Assembly (NCBI GenBank): GCA_964499685.1
Contig: CAZCLW010000002.1
Span: forward strand, 93,013-157,012
Length of the DNA stretch: 64,000 nt
Origin: an uncultured Planctomycetales bacterium
GTDB taxonomy: Bacteria > Omnitrophota > Gorgyraeia > Zapsychrales > GWA2-47-8
Reading direction: 5' to 3'
The stretch's first letter is position 1. Every line of letters starts with the position of its first letter. The notes below the pieces were generated by a model. That model made no database searches. It was not told the origin of the DNA and worked only from the letters and a program-made list of their open reading frames with translations. Positions 54,909 through 64,000 of this stretch are shown piece by piece. The position numbers were made by a program, and so were the translations under genes.

Positions 54909-57095
54909 GTGGCAAGATTACCGATCGAAGAAGAGAAGATCATTGAGGAATTCGGACCGCATGTGAAACATGAGCCGCCCGGCGGGTGGGAGGCGTCCGT
55001 CGTCGAGCCTGATAAGCGCGTGAAAACACATTGCTGCTTCTGTGGACAGCAGTGCGGGATCATCCTGAAGGTCAAGAACAATGAGGTAACGGGGTTTGAC
55101 CCTTGGGAGGCCTTCCCTTTCAATCAAGGGAAACTCTGCCCGAAAGGTGTGAAGCGTTATATGCAGGGCAGTCATCCCGACCGGTTGATGCATCCCCTTG
55201 AAAATAATTTTGGTAAGGGTTATGAACGGGTTTCATGGGACAAGACGTACAGCCGTGTCGTGTCGGAAATTCAGCGCATCCAGCAGAAATACGGTAAAGA
55301 CAGCTTTGCCATGCTTTCGGGTGTCTCCCTTTCGAATGAGAAGTCTTACCTCGTCGGAAAATTTGCCCGGGTCGCCTTGCAGACGGCCAATTTGGATTAC
55401 AACGGACGTTTATGTATGGTTTCGGCCGGGGCCGGGAACAAGAAGGCCTTTGGAGTGGACCGTGCCGCCAATTCCTGGGCAGATCTTTTGGAGACCGATC
55501 TTATCCTTTGCGCCGGGACCAATGTCTCGGAATGCGCGCCCATTACGACGGATTATATCTGGAAGGCGCGTGACATGCGTAAAGCCAAATTGATCGTCGT
55601 GGACCCGCGCATCACGCCGATCGCCCGTACCGCCGACCTTATTCTTCCCGTCCGTCCGGGAACGGATTCCTATTTATTCAACACCCTTCTGAACCTGATT
55701 ATCCGGGCCGGTGATATAGATGAAGAATTTATTCGCGATCATACGCTTGGTTTTGAGGAGGTTAAAAAGACCGTAGAAAAGTATACGGTCGAAGAATGCG
55801 AACGGATCACGGGTGTCCCGGCCAAAAGCATCAGGCTCGCCGCGGAATGGTGGGGAAAGGCCAAGAGGAGCTTTCTTTTGCATGCGCGGGGGATCGAGCA
55901 TCACACCAAGGGCGTCGATAACGTGCTTTCTTGTATTAATCTTGTGTTGGCAACGGGCCGTATCGGTAAGATCGGCTGCGGCTACGCGACGATTACTGGA
56001 CAAGGCAACGGTCAAGGCGGCCGGGAACACGGCCATAAATGCGACCAGCTCCCCGGCAACCGGGACATCACTAATCCCGAACACCGTCAATATATCGCCA
56101 AGGTCTGGGGGATCGAAGAAAAGGACCTCCCCGGGAAAGGTTTATCGGCCCAGGAGATCATGAATGAGATTCATGCGGGAAAGATCAAGGGCTTGATCAG
56201 CATTTGTTTTAATCCGCTGGTGAGCCTCCCCGACGCCAATTTTACCAGAGAGGCCTTGGAAAAATTGGAATTTTATGTCGCGATCGATTTCTTTTTAAGC
56301 GAAACCGCCCGTTACGCGGATATTATCTTGCCCGGGTCTTTGCATGAGGAGGATGATGGTACCTCGACGTCGGCCGAAGGCCGGGTTATCCGCATTCAAA
56401 AGGCGGTCAACCCGCCGGGCGAAGCGAAAGTGGACTGGGAAATTCTTCTGGAAATAGCCAATCGCCTTGGAAAAGGGAAATATTTCAATTTTAAAAACCC
56501 TGAAGAAATGTTCAATGAATTACGTGTTGCCTCCAAAGGCGGAACAGCGGATTATTACGGGATCACTTATGAGAAGATCGATAAGAACATGGGTGTCTTC
56601 TGGCCATGTCCGAGCTTGGACCATCCCGGGACCCCGCGGTTGTTTGAAGACGGGAAATTTTATCATCCTGACGGAAAAGCACGATTTAATATGGTCGAAT
56701 ATAAACCTTCGGCCGATGAGATAAACAGTGAATACCCGATCTATTTGACGACGGGCCGCGTGATCTATCATTATCTTTCCGGAACGCAAACGCGCCGCAT
56801 CGGATTTCTGGCCGATCAGTCTCCTGGGCCATATGTTGAGATCCACCCCGCCTTGGCGCAGAAGTATGAGATTAAGGAAGGGGATCTGGTCAGGATAACA
56901 TCGCGCCGGGATTCGATCGAATTGAGAGCCAGGGTGGTCAAAACTATCCGGCCGGACACTTTGTTTGTCCCTTATCACTGGGCCGGCAGGCAATCCATAA
57001 ACCGTTTAACCCAGCGGGCGCTCGATCCGGTCTCCAAGATCCCGGAATTCAAAATGAGCGCTGTTCGCATCGAAAAGATCGAAAAAAGCAAATGA
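54909..57095 (+). CDS. Molybdopterin (bis-MGD) oxidoreductase catalytic subunit, NasA/NarB/FdhA-type; no TAT signal
   Basis: N-terminal 4Fe-4S motif CCFCGQQCG-x27-C with GKLCPKG. MGD-binding blocks. C-terminal MopB_CT-like barrel. 728 aa. Confidence 0.8.
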   Translation: MARLPIEEEKIIEEFGPHVKHEPPGGWEASVVEPDKRVKTHCCFCGQQCGIILKVKNNEVTGFDPWEAFPFNQGKLCPKGVKRYMQGSHPDRLMHPLENNFGKGYERVSWDKTYSRVVSEIQRIQQKYGKDSFAMLSGVSLSNEKSYLVGKFARVALQTANLDYNGRLCMVSAGAGNKKAFGVDRAANSWADLLETDLILCAGTNVSECAPITTDYIWKARDMRKAKLIVVDPRITPIARTADLILPVRPGTDSYLFNTLLNLIIRAGDIDEEFIRDHTLGFEEVKKTVEKYTVEECERITGVPAKSIRLAAEWWGKAKRSFLLHARGIEHHTKGVDNVLSCINLVLATGRIGKIGCGYATITGQGNGQGGREHGHKCDQLPGNRDITNPEHRQYIAKVWGIEEKDLPGKGLSAQEIMNEIHAGKIKGLISICFNPLVSLPDANFTREALEKLEFYVAIDFFLSETARYADIILPGSLHEEDDGTSTSAEGRVIRIQKAVNPPGEAKVDWEILLEIANRLGKGKYFNFKNPEEMFNELRVASKGGTADYYGITYEKIDKNMGVFWPCPSLDHPGTPRLFEDGKFYHPDGKARFNMVEYKPSADEINSEYPIYLTTGRVIYHYLSGTQTRRIGFLADQSPGPYVEIHPALAQKYEIKEGDLVRITSRRDSIELRARVVKTIRPDTLFVPYHWAGRQSINRLTQRALDPVSKIPEFKMSAVRIEKIEKSK

Positions 57096-57703
57096 ACCAA
57101 TGGCTGGAAGAAAACGATCTGTTCATCGACCCGCAACGCTGTATCGGCTGCCGGGCCTGTGAAGCGGCCTGTGCTGAATGCGGGACCCACCGGGGGGTTC
57201 CCATGATCCACTTGGAACCTTATGACCGCGCTGAGTCGGTCAAGACCGCCCCTACCTTATGTATGCATTGTGATGATCCCGCCTGTGCCGCGGTCTGTCC
57301 GGCCGATGCCATTAAGCGCACAGAAGACGGTATAGTCCAATCATCGACCAAATCACGCTGCATCGGATGTTCTAACTGTTATGTGGCCTGTCCGTTCGGT
57401 GTTCCGAAAATTTACAAGGCCCGGGCGCAGATGAATAAATGCGATATGTGTTATGACCGGACCTCCGTCGGCCTCAAGCCCATGTGCGCCACTGTCTGTC
57501 CGTCTGAGGCGATCTATTTCGGGCCGAAGTCGGTCATTGAATCCCGGCGCAGCAATAAAGCGAACAACCAATTCGTCTTCGGCCGGCAGAAGATCACGAC
57601 CAAGGTCTATGTCATGATGGACCGCTCCGATGAGGCCATTGAATTGGACGTGATGGAATTTATCAGCACCAACATCGAAGATCCGCAGCCCTGGATCGCA
57701 TAG
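57092..57703 (+). CDS. Four-cluster 4Fe-4S ferredoxin-type electron-transfer subunit (FdnH/DmsB/NrfC-like)
   Basis: [37 protein letters not shown] and [21 protein letters not shown]. The start overlaps the catalytic-subunit stop. Confidence 0.8.
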   Translation: MNQWLEENDLFIDPQRCIGCRACEAACAECGTHRGVPMIHLEPYDRAESVKTAPTLCMHCDDPACAAVCPADAIKRTEDGIVQSSTKSRCIGCSNCYVACPFGVPKIYKARAQMNKCDMCYDRTSVGLKPMCATVCPSEAIYFGPKSVIESRRSNKANNQFVFGRQKITTKVYVMMDRSDEAIELDVMEFISTNIEDPQPWIA

Positions 57704-57715
57704 AGAGAAGGAATT

Positions 57716-58261
57716 ATGTCCGCACCTCAAGATCCGATTGAAAAAAGACTGAAGGAAAAATACAGGGAAATCCCGAAATGGTTCGAGGATTTTCCGCTCG
57801 ACAATCAACGGGATGCCAACATTTCGCGGAGGGATTTTATCCGTTATTTAGGGTTGGTCTCGTTCGGTTTTTTCAGCGGCACGGCCGGCGTATGGATAAG
57901 ATCGCTTTTCCGCACTTCGACGGAACGCCGTTATGAACCCATGCGGATCGTGGGAAAAGATGATCTAAGGGTGGGAGAATCCTATGTGTTCCAAATTCCG
58001 GGTTTCAAGGAGCCGGTGATCCTTGTGCGTTTAAACAACGAGGAGTTCGTCGCCTACGGGCAGAAGTGTACGCATTTGCAGTGTCCGGTCATTTGGAAAA
58101 AGGAGGAAAATATTTTCTTCTGTCCTTGTCATAAAGGGGCTTTTAAATCAAGCGGAGAGGTTTTTTACGGTCCCCCGGAACGGCCGCTCCCCAAACTGAA
58201 ACTGGAGGTCAGGCCGGAAGGTATTTATTTTGTGGGTATGGAACGGGGAGAATTGGTATGA
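57716..58261 (+). CDS. Membrane-anchored Rieske [2Fe-2S] protein (TAT motif)
   Basis: SRRDFIRYLGLVSFGFFSGTAGVWI (twin-Arg plus TM helix). Rieske boxes CTHLQCPV and CPCHKGAF. Confidence 0.8.
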   Translation: MSAPQDPIEKRLKEKYREIPKWFEDFPLDNQRDANISRRDFIRYLGLVSFGFFSGTAGVWIRSLFRTSTERRYEPMRIVGKDDLRVGESYVFQIPGFKEPVILVRLNNEEFVAYGQKCTHLQCPVIWKKEENIFFCPCHKGAFKSSGEVFYGPPERPLPKLKLEVRPEGIYFVGMERGELV

Positions 58262-58539
58262 GATTCGCCGACAAAAAAGAACAATTTATCCGCACGATCG
58301 AAATGGTTTCACTGACGATCAGCTTGGGTGCCGTGTTTTTCCAGATCTGGATCCTGATAACGGCGCTGGAGGCTTTTTTCAGGGGGCAGTATAAGGTCCT
58401 GCTGCCCAGCCTGATCTTAAGCGGTTTGGCCTTTCTCGCATGCGCCGTCGGGGCGCTGCTAACCAATATTCCCTTCTTAAAAGGAATTTATGCGGGACGC
58501 AGCCAGAATTATTCGGAAGCTAAACGGGGGATGAAATGA
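58258..58539 (+). CDS. Small two-to-three-helix membrane protein, hypothetical
   Basis: 93 aa. Translationally coupled between the Rieske and transporter genes (overlapping stops and starts). Confidence 0.4.
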   Translation: MRFADKKEQFIRTIEMVSLTISLGAVFFQIWILITALEAFFRGQYKVLLPSLILSGLAFLACAVGALLTNIPFLKGIYAGRSQNYSEAKRGMK

Positions 58540-59813
58540 CGAAAATAAAAGGGACGCCTGATTTAGGCGGAATGAGCGCCACCATCGGATTTTTTATCGG
58601 GTTCGCGGCTGTATCCTTGTTTGGTGTTACGGCTACAAAAATTAAGGAAATCATGCAGGTCAGTCCGATGCTGCTGGGACTTTTAATTTCCATGCCGGCC
58701 TTGTCAGGTTCGCTTTTACGCATTCCGTTTGCGGCATGGACCGATACCAACGGCGGCCGTAAGCCATTTCTGGCATTGCTGATCCTCTCCATCATCGGCA
58801 TGACGGGATTGTATATCGTGATGAGCCGTTTTTACCCGGATCGCTTGACAAGTGATTTTTATCCGTTGTTTTTGCTTTTGGGCATGTTGTGTGGATGCGG
58901 GATAGCGACCTTTTCCGTCGGTGTTGGACAGGTTTCTTACTGGTTTCCGCAAAGCAAGCAGGGGACAGTGCTGGGATTGTTTGCCGGTTTGGGAAATCTA
59001 GCGCCGGGGTTGTTCGCGCTCATCCTACCCTTTGCCATGAAGCAGTTAGGGTTACCGCTCACATATTTGGGCTGGCTGATTTTTTTAGTTACAGGAACGA
59101 CCGCTTATTGGCTGTTGGGAAAGAATGCGTGGTACTTTCAGCTTATTGAGCAAGGGATGAACCCTGCGGATGCCAAGATAGAAGCACAGACCAAATATCA
59201 TCAGGAAATATTTCCAAAAGGGAACGCCAAACAAAGCCTGCAGGCCTCAGCCCAGAATTGGAAAACCTGGGCATTTGTCGCGATTTACTTTGCCACCTTC
59301 GGCGGATTCATTGCATTGACCGCCTGGTTTCCGACATACTGGGTTTCATTTTACCAATTGCCTCTCGTTCAGGCCGGTATGCTGACGGCGTTGTATTCTA
59401 TCCTTGCGTCACTTATGCGTGTGGTGGGCGGACAAGTGGCAGATATCTACAGTGGGGAACGGACCTTAATTTTCTCTCTTGGCATAATGACTGCCGGGTC
59501 TTTCGTCATGTCTGGTTCGCAAGATTTCATGGTTTCGATCATCGGATGTGTTTTGTTGGCCATCGGCATGGGTATGGGCAACGCGGCCGTCTTTAAGCTG
59601 GTTCCACAGGAAATTCCGGAAGCGGTGGGCGGCGCCGCAGGCTGGATCGGCGGCTTGGGCGCTTTTGGCGGGTTTGTCATTCCGCCGTCCATGGGATTTA
59701 TGGTCAATCTTGCCGGTCAAAGGGGTTACAGCCGGGGATTTATTATTTTTATTTTACTATCCGTTCTTTCCTTGGCCTTGACGTTTATCTTACGGTCAAA
59801 GAGAAAGTCTTAG
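58536..59813 (+). CDS. narK: MFS transporter, nitrate/nitrite porter (NarK/NNP family)-like
   Basis: 12 TM helices. RIPFAAWTDTNGGRKPF and GLFAGLGNLAPG resemble NNP-family signatures. Genomic context supports the call. Confidence 0.55.
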   Translation: MTKIKGTPDLGGMSATIGFFIGFAAVSLFGVTATKIKEIMQVSPMLLGLLISMPALSGSLLRIPFAAWTDTNGGRKPFLALLILSIIGMTGLYIVMSRFYPDRLTSDFYPLFLLLGMLCGCGIATFSVGVGQVSYWFPQSKQGTVLGLFAGLGNLAPGLFALILPFAMKQLGLPLTYLGWLIFLVTGTTAYWLLGKNAWYFQLIEQGMNPADAKIEAQTKYHQEIFPKGNAKQSLQASAQNWKTWAFVAIYFATFGGFIALTAWFPTYWVSFYQLPLVQAGMLTALYSILASLMRVVGGQVADIYSGERTLIFSLGIMTAGSFVMSGSQDFMVSIIGCVLLAIGMGMGNAAVFKLVPQEIPEAVGGAAGWIGGLGAFGGFVIPPSMGFMVNLAGQRGYSRGFIIFILLSVLSLALTFILRSKRKS

Positions 59814-59820
59814 GTTTGAA

Positions 59821-60267
59821 ATGGCCACCATTATCTCCATTAATATTTCCAGAGGGGGGATCCCGAAAGTCCCCGTGCCCGCCGTCCGGTTCAGTTTTTC
59901 CGGTCTGGAAGGCGACGGCCACAATCATGCCAAACATAACACGCCCCTTCAGGCGGTCTGCATCCAGGATATCGAAAAGCTGGAAGAATTGGGCCGGAGT
60001 GCCCCTTATAAATTGGAACCCGGCCAGGCCGGAGAGAATTTGACCGTTCAGGATCTTCATGTGAACGGTCTGGCCCTTGGGACTATCCTGGAATTATCCG
60101 GCGGCGTGGTCCTGGAGATCTCCAGAGTCCGGAAGCCCTGTTATGTGATGGACTCTATCCACCCCCAGTTGAAAAACGATGCGTGGGGCCGTCACGGTAT
60201 GTATGCCCGCGTCATCAGAGAAGGCTTCGTCCGCGCGGGCGAAACCATCCGCGTTATTTCCTCCTGA
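59821..60267 (+). CDS. MOSC domain protein
   Basis: GENLTVQDLHV...GTILELSGGVVLEISRVRKPCYVMD carries the conserved MOSC Cys. 148 aa. Confidence 0.7.
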   Translation: MATIISINISRGGIPKVPVPAVRFSFSGLEGDGHNHAKHNTPLQAVCIQDIEKLEELGRSAPYKLEPGQAGENLTVQDLHVNGLALGTILELSGGVVLEISRVRKPCYVMDSIHPQLKNDAWGRHGMYARVIREGFVRAGETIRVISS

Positions 60268-60401
60268 TCCTCATTTCCCTTTCATTTCCTCTTTTTTCCT
60301 TATCTCCGTAGAATTACTTAGAAGTCTGCGTACTATATCCCATTATATTCGCTTCAAAAGCGTCTTATAGTAATGGTGATGCATAAAAAGGAGGCGAGTA
60401 A

Positions 60402-60797
60402 ATGGTTTCACGTATATTGATCGTTGAGGACAATCAGGCCTTCAGGGAAGCGGTAAAGGACCATATCAAGCAGCTTCCGGATGCTGAGATCTTTGAAGCT
60501 TCGACGGCTGAGATGGGCGTGACTAAGGCGGCTTGTGTCAAACCTGATATTGTGGTCATGGACCTTAATCTTCCGGGAGAGAACGGATTCAATGCCTCCC
60601 GGCAGATCAAGGAGGACAATCCTGGCTGCGACGTGATCATTTTGACGATGTTCGAGATAGAATCCTTCCGGAAGCTGGCCCGGGAATCACGCGCCAAGTA
60701 TTTCATTGGGAAAAGCGAAGTTTATGAGCGTCTCATTCCGGTGATCAAAAGATGTTTGAAGAATAAGAATGGCAAAGTCAAAAAGGAGGAAAAGTAA
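60402..60797 (+). CDS. Stand-alone response regulator receiver protein
   Basis: ILIVEDNQAFREAV...DIVVMDLNLPGENGF...IILT REC motifs. It directly precedes nirK with an internal RBS. Confidence 0.8.
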   Translation: MVSRILIVEDNQAFREAVKDHIKQLPDAEIFEASTAEMGVTKAACVKPDIVVMDLNLPGENGFNASRQIKEDNPGCDVIILTMFEIESFRKLARESRAKYFIGKSEVYERLIPVIKRCLKNKNGKVKKEEK

Positions 60798-61961
60798 ATG
60801 AGTCACAAGACAGCAATCGGAATATTTATTCTTTTACTTTTGGGAGTATTTAGTTCTTGGGGAGAATCGGCCGATAAGGTATCAGTTATCAAATTCCCCA
60901 AATTAAGAGAAAAAGCGGTCTTGACGCATGCGCCGGAAGTGCCTCCGCCTATAACCCGCAAGCAACCCGTCCTTGTAGAGGTGCACCTTCAATCCGGACG
61001 AAAAGTGGCGGAGATCAAGCCGGGCGTAAAGTATGAATACTGGACATTTAATGATGATGTTCCCGGCCCGTTTATCCGCCTGCGTGAAGGGGATGTGCTG
61101 GAAGTTCACCATACCAGCACGGACACCATGGGCATGCCGCATAATATTGATTTTCATGCCGTAACCGGCCCCGGAGGCGGGGCGACCGTCACGACCGTTG
61201 TCAAAGGCGAAGAACGTGTTGCCTGGTTTAAGGCGCTTCATCCCGGGCTCTACGTTTATCACTGCGCGGCGCCGCCTGTTATGGACCACATTGCCAATGG
61301 GATGTATGGATTGATCCTGGTAGAACCCAAGAAGGGCTTGCCGAAAGTGGACAAAGAATTCTATGTCATGCAGAGTGAGTTTTACACGCCCAAATATGAG
61401 ACCAAACCGGAAACCGTCGGGCATGATCATCACGGTGCCGTAGCCGAGGCAACTGAAGCAGCGGAAGACTTCTGGGGAGAAGAAACGGACGGCGGGCCGG
61501 CGGCTGCATTGCCGGAAGTCTGGCCTTTTTCTCATCAGGAAGGATTGAATGAACATCCTACGTTCGTGGTCTTTAACGGTAAAGTCGGTTCTTTGATAGG
61601 AGAAAATGTCATTAAGACAAAGACCGGAGAAAAGGTAAGGATATATTTCGGTAACGGCGGTCCTAATCTTATTTCTTCGTTCCATGTGATCGGTGAGATT
61701 TTTGACAATGTCTATCGAGAAGGGGATCTTATCAGCAAGCCGGCTCGAAGCGTCCAAACGACACTGGTCCCGGTCGGTGGCGCCACGGTTGTGGAATTCG
61801 GTGTGGAGGTTCCGGGGACCTATACGTTGGTTGATCATGCGATTTTCCGCGTCGAGAAAGGCGCTGTCGGGTATCTGGAAGTTGAAGGCGATCCCCGGCA
61901 TGATATTTACGTTTCCGACCAGGATCCGGTCATTTGTGAGGGATGCATGGTCCATCCCTAG
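60798..61961 (+). CDS. nirK: Copper-containing nitrite reductase (NO-forming) NirK
   Basis: Signal peptide. T1Cu/T2Cu ligand blocks HNIDFHAVTGPGGG and YVYHCAAPPVMDHIANGMYG. Two cupredoxin domains. Confidence 0.85.
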   Translation: MSHKTAIGIFILLLLGVFSSWGESADKVSVIKFPKLREKAVLTHAPEVPPPITRKQPVLVEVHLQSGRKVAEIKPGVKYEYWTFNDDVPGPFIRLREGDVLEVHHTSTDTMGMPHNIDFHAVTGPGGGATVTTVVKGEERVAWFKALHPGLYVYHCAAPPVMDHIANGMYGLILVEPKKGLPKVDKEFYVMQSEFYTPKYETKPETVGHDHHGAVAEATEAAEDFWGEETDGGPAAALPEVWPFSHQEGLNEHPTFVVFNGKVGSLIGENVIKTKTGEKVRIYFGNGGPNLISSFHVIGEIFDNVYREGDLISKPARSVQTTLVPVGGATVVEFGVEVPGTYTLVDHAIFRVEKGAVGYLEVEGDPRHDIYVSDQDPVICEGCMVHP

Positions 61962-61974
61962 GAAGGAGGATTGA

Positions 61975-63744
61975 ATGGGCTACATTGCCAAAGATAAAGA
62001 GATCAATCTTCTGCACACAGAAGCCGAGCGCATGTATCGTCGGCTGGTGGAGAATTTGCATATTGGTATTTACATGGCCGATGCCAAAGGGGACCTTTTT
62101 TATGTCAATAGTGCCTTTGTCGAGATGCTCGGCTATCAAAACCGGGATGAGGTTCTGGGCCTGAATCTGGCCAGGAATTTGTATGTTGATCCGACAGACC
62201 GCGATACTTTTCTTAAGCGGATGGAAAGGCTGGGTTTTGTCCGGGATTATATCGTAAAAAACAAGCGAAAGGATGGCACCACCATTATCCTCTCGGTCAC
62301 CAGTAATTTTATCCGCAATGACAGTGGGGGGATTATCGGAGTGGAAGGGGTGGCCGAGGATATCACCAGCCGGAGCCTGCTGGAAGCGGAGGCAAGAATG
62401 CTGACCAACGCGGTCAGTCAAACGGCCGATCATGTGATGATCACGGACAGTAAGGGGGCTATTTTGTATGTAAACCCGGCTTTTGAAAAAACGACGGGTT
62501 ATGCCATGGTTGATGTCTACGGGAGGAGTCCGCGGATATTGAGGTCGGGCGTCCATGGGAAAGAGTACTATGACAAATTGTGGTCCACTCTTCTCAGCGG
62601 AAATGCTTTTCAGGCCCAAACGACCAATAAGAACAAGTACGGAAAAATGTATATAGCCGATCAGACGATAACCCCGATCAAAAATGAGGCGGGTGAGATC
62701 ACGCATTTTGTCTCTGTCTGGACAGACGTGACCGATAAGATCCGTTGGGAGGAGCGCCTGAAAAATGAAAAGCGCAAGCTGGAAGAGATCATTGGGTTTG
62801 ACGAGAAGGTAAGTGCCATAAGGAAGCTGGACCGGCTTTTTGATTTTGTGGTCAAAAAAGCCTCCGAAATTCTGGAAGCCAACAAGTGCCTGCTGATGCT
62901 GGTCGATCATGCCGAAGGAGAGCTTAATATCAAAGGAGCGGTAGGTTTTCCCGATGATATCTTTAAGCGCAAGATCAAGGTCGGAGAATCAATCGCCGGC
63001 CGGGTGGCTCAAAGCGGACAACCGCTACTTGTCCGCGGGATCGAACAAGAACCGCAATATGAAGGCGGATTTTCTTATCTGGGGAATTCGTTCGTTTGTG
63101 TCCCGGTCAAGGTCAACGACCATGTCATCGCGGTCATGACCGTGGCAGGAAAGGGCGAATTCGGAGATGAGGCCTTTGATGAGACGGACCTCAAGATCCT
63201 GGACGCCATGGGGCGGGAGGTGGCCGTGGCTTTGGACAATTTGAAGCTTTATAAAGAATTGCACTATCTGTCCATCACCGATCCGCTGACCCATCTTCAC
63301 AATTTCCGTTATTTTCACCGAGGCCTGGATTACGAGCTGAAAAGGATCAAGAGACATCCGCGCCCTTTGGCCGTGATGATGATCGATGTGGACAATTTTA
63401 AATCTTACAACGACAGCTTCGGCCATCCGGAGGGAAGCCAGCTGCTTATGGACATAGGAAAAATCCTGAAGAAAGATCTGCGTGAAGTGGACATCCTATG
63501 CCGATACGGCGGAGATGAGTTTGCCGTCGTTCTTCCGGAAACCGGAAAAGACCAGGCCGAAGCGGTGGCCGAGAAAATAAGAAAAGCGGTCCAGGAGGCC
63601 AAATTCAGGCACCCGGTGACGGTCAGTATAGGGATCGGCATGTATACACCTAATGCCGGCCGCTATGAATTGACGTCCAAGGCCGACCGGGCACTGTATC
63701 AAGCCAAACATGAAGGCAAAAACAAGGTTTGCGTCTACGGTTAA
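61975..63744 (+). CDS. PAS-PAS-GAF-GGDEF diguanylate cyclase
   Basis: Two PAS blocks, a GAF region, and a GGDEF domain with RYGGDEF and the typical DxLT...R...K...D signature. Confidence 0.85.
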   Translation: MGYIAKDKEINLLHTEAERMYRRLVENLHIGIYMADAKGDLFYVNSAFVEMLGYQNRDEVLGLNLARNLYVDPTDRDTFLKRMERLGFVRDYIVKNKRKDGTTIILSVTSNFIRNDSGGIIGVEGVAEDITSRSLLEAEARMLTNAVSQTADHVMITDSKGAILYVNPAFEKTTGYAMVDVYGRSPRILRSGVHGKEYYDKLWSTLLSGNAFQAQTTNKNKYGKMYIADQTITPIKNEAGEITHFVSVWTDVTDKIRWEERLKNEKRKLEEIIGFDEKVSAIRKLDRLFDFVVKKASEILEANKCLLMLVDHAEGELNIKGAVGFPDDIFKRKIKVGESIAGRVAQSGQPLLVRGIEQEPQYEGGFSYLGNSFVCVPVKVNDHVIAVMTVAGKGEFGDEAFDETDLKILDAMGREVAVALDNLKLYKELHYLSITDPLTHLHNFRYFHRGLDYELKRIKRHPRPLAVMMIDVDNFKSYNDSFGHPEGSQLLMDIGKILKKDLREVDILCRYGGDEFAVVLPETGKDQAEAVAEKIRKAVQEAKFRHPVTVSIGIGMYTPNAGRYELTSKADRALYQAKHEGKNKVCVYG

Positions 63745-63760
63745 CTAAAGGAGGAAAGTC

Positions 63761-63985
63761 ATGAAAATCAAGATCGGGAGAAAAAGAAAAGACCAAAAAG
63801 TATTGAATGAGGAGCGTAAGCGCTGTTCCCTGGACATTGCACAAGCGTTTCCTTCCTTTGCGGAAAAGGAAGAAAAGATCCGTAAAAAGGCTTACGAACT
63901 CTATGAAAAACGGGGCTGCCAGCCGGGTCATGAATGGGATGACTGGTTTGAAGCGGAAAAATGTATAGGTGTTCAAAATGAATAA
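63761..63985 (+). CDS. DUF2934 domain protein
   Basis: IRKKAYELYEKRGCQPGHEWDDWFEAEK matches the DUF2934 helix-hairpin signature. Confidence 0.6.
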   Translation: MKIKIGRKRKDQKVLNEERKRCSLDIAQAFPSFAEKEEKIRKKAYELYEKRGCQPGHEWDDWFEAEKCIGVQNE

Positions 63986-64000
63986 ATTGAGGATCATTGC

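Noticed and set aside
60903-62910. 350-aa and 326-aa minus-strand ORFs across nirK and the GGDEF gene
   Set aside because: Antisense to strongly supported genes (Cu-ligand blocks, GGDEF).

Overview
This 64-kb window looks like a chromosomal segment from a diderm, probably anaerobic or microaerophilic bacterium with roughly 55-60% GC. I could not confidently place it in a phylum; the gene content resembles deltaproteobacterial, Nitrospirota or candidate-phylum genomes. It is densely coding, mostly on the + strand, with two tRNAs and no rRNA or CRISPR array.

Reading left to right:
(1) 0-13 kb is a cell-envelope block: a receiver-domain protein, an LpxL-family acyltransferase, two GT-C (ArnT/PMT/TMTC-like) glycosyltransferases flanking tRNA-Thr, an MFS exporter, purN, a DUF368 (PopT-like polyprenyl-phosphate translocase) protein and several uncharacterised polytopic membrane proteins.
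(2) 13-17.9 kb carries a ferritin-like YciE/F protein, a TorF-family outer-membrane beta-barrel, a Cys-rich mini-protein, an SGNH hydrolase and an FAD oxidoreductase.
(3) 17.9-21 kb includes a sharply AT-rich stretch carrying a minimal nucleotidyltransferase next to a 317-aa partner with an Rx4H (HEPN-like) motif, followed by a DUF1016_N-SNase fusion nuclease and an ORF6N protein. This is my best candidate for an undescribed defence, abortive-infection or toxin-antitoxin module.
(4) 21.4-25.6 kb is a MoxR / DUF58 / transglutaminase-like operon.
(5) 26.7-27.4 kb holds cspA, infA and rpoZ.
(6) 28-33 kb holds an orphan NuoF-like flavoprotein, a UbiA-family prenyltransferase broken by a frameshift in a T9 tract, a CRP/FNR regulator followed by a perfect TGTGA-N6-TCACA site, a hemerythrin-like protein and hemA.
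(7) 33.4-45.3 kb is a large respiratory and extracellular-electron-transfer-like supercluster. It comprises an octaheme periplasmic cytochrome, a 689-aa outer-membrane beta-barrel and a nonaheme membrane-anchored cytochrome, which together resemble a porin-cytochrome conduit. These are followed by Rieske plus fused cytochrome b6/subunit IV, a tetraheme and a NapC/NrfH-like heptaheme cytochrome, a repeat-containing lipoprotein and System II cytochrome c biogenesis genes (ResB, CcsA).
(8) 45.3-53.8 kb holds a PAS histidine kinase / NarL-type regulator pair with a 7-2-7 TACGTAA palindrome downstream, a B12-radical SAM protein, hemerythrin, ferredoxin, a radical SAM protein, B12-dependent RNR (nrdJ) and an NnrS-like protein.
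(9) 53.8-62 kb is an N-oxide module. It contains a NarI/DsrM-like cytochrome b, a cytoplasm-facing NasA/FdhA-type molybdoenzyme, a four-cluster FeS subunit and, unusually, a TAT/TM-anchored Rieske protein. These are followed by a NarK-like porter, a MOSC protein and a receiver-nirK operon.
(10) The window ends with a PAS-GAF-GGDEF cyclase and a DUF2934 protein.

A roughly 15-bp palindromic motif, TAGGGACAGnCCCTA, recurs in four intergenic regions.
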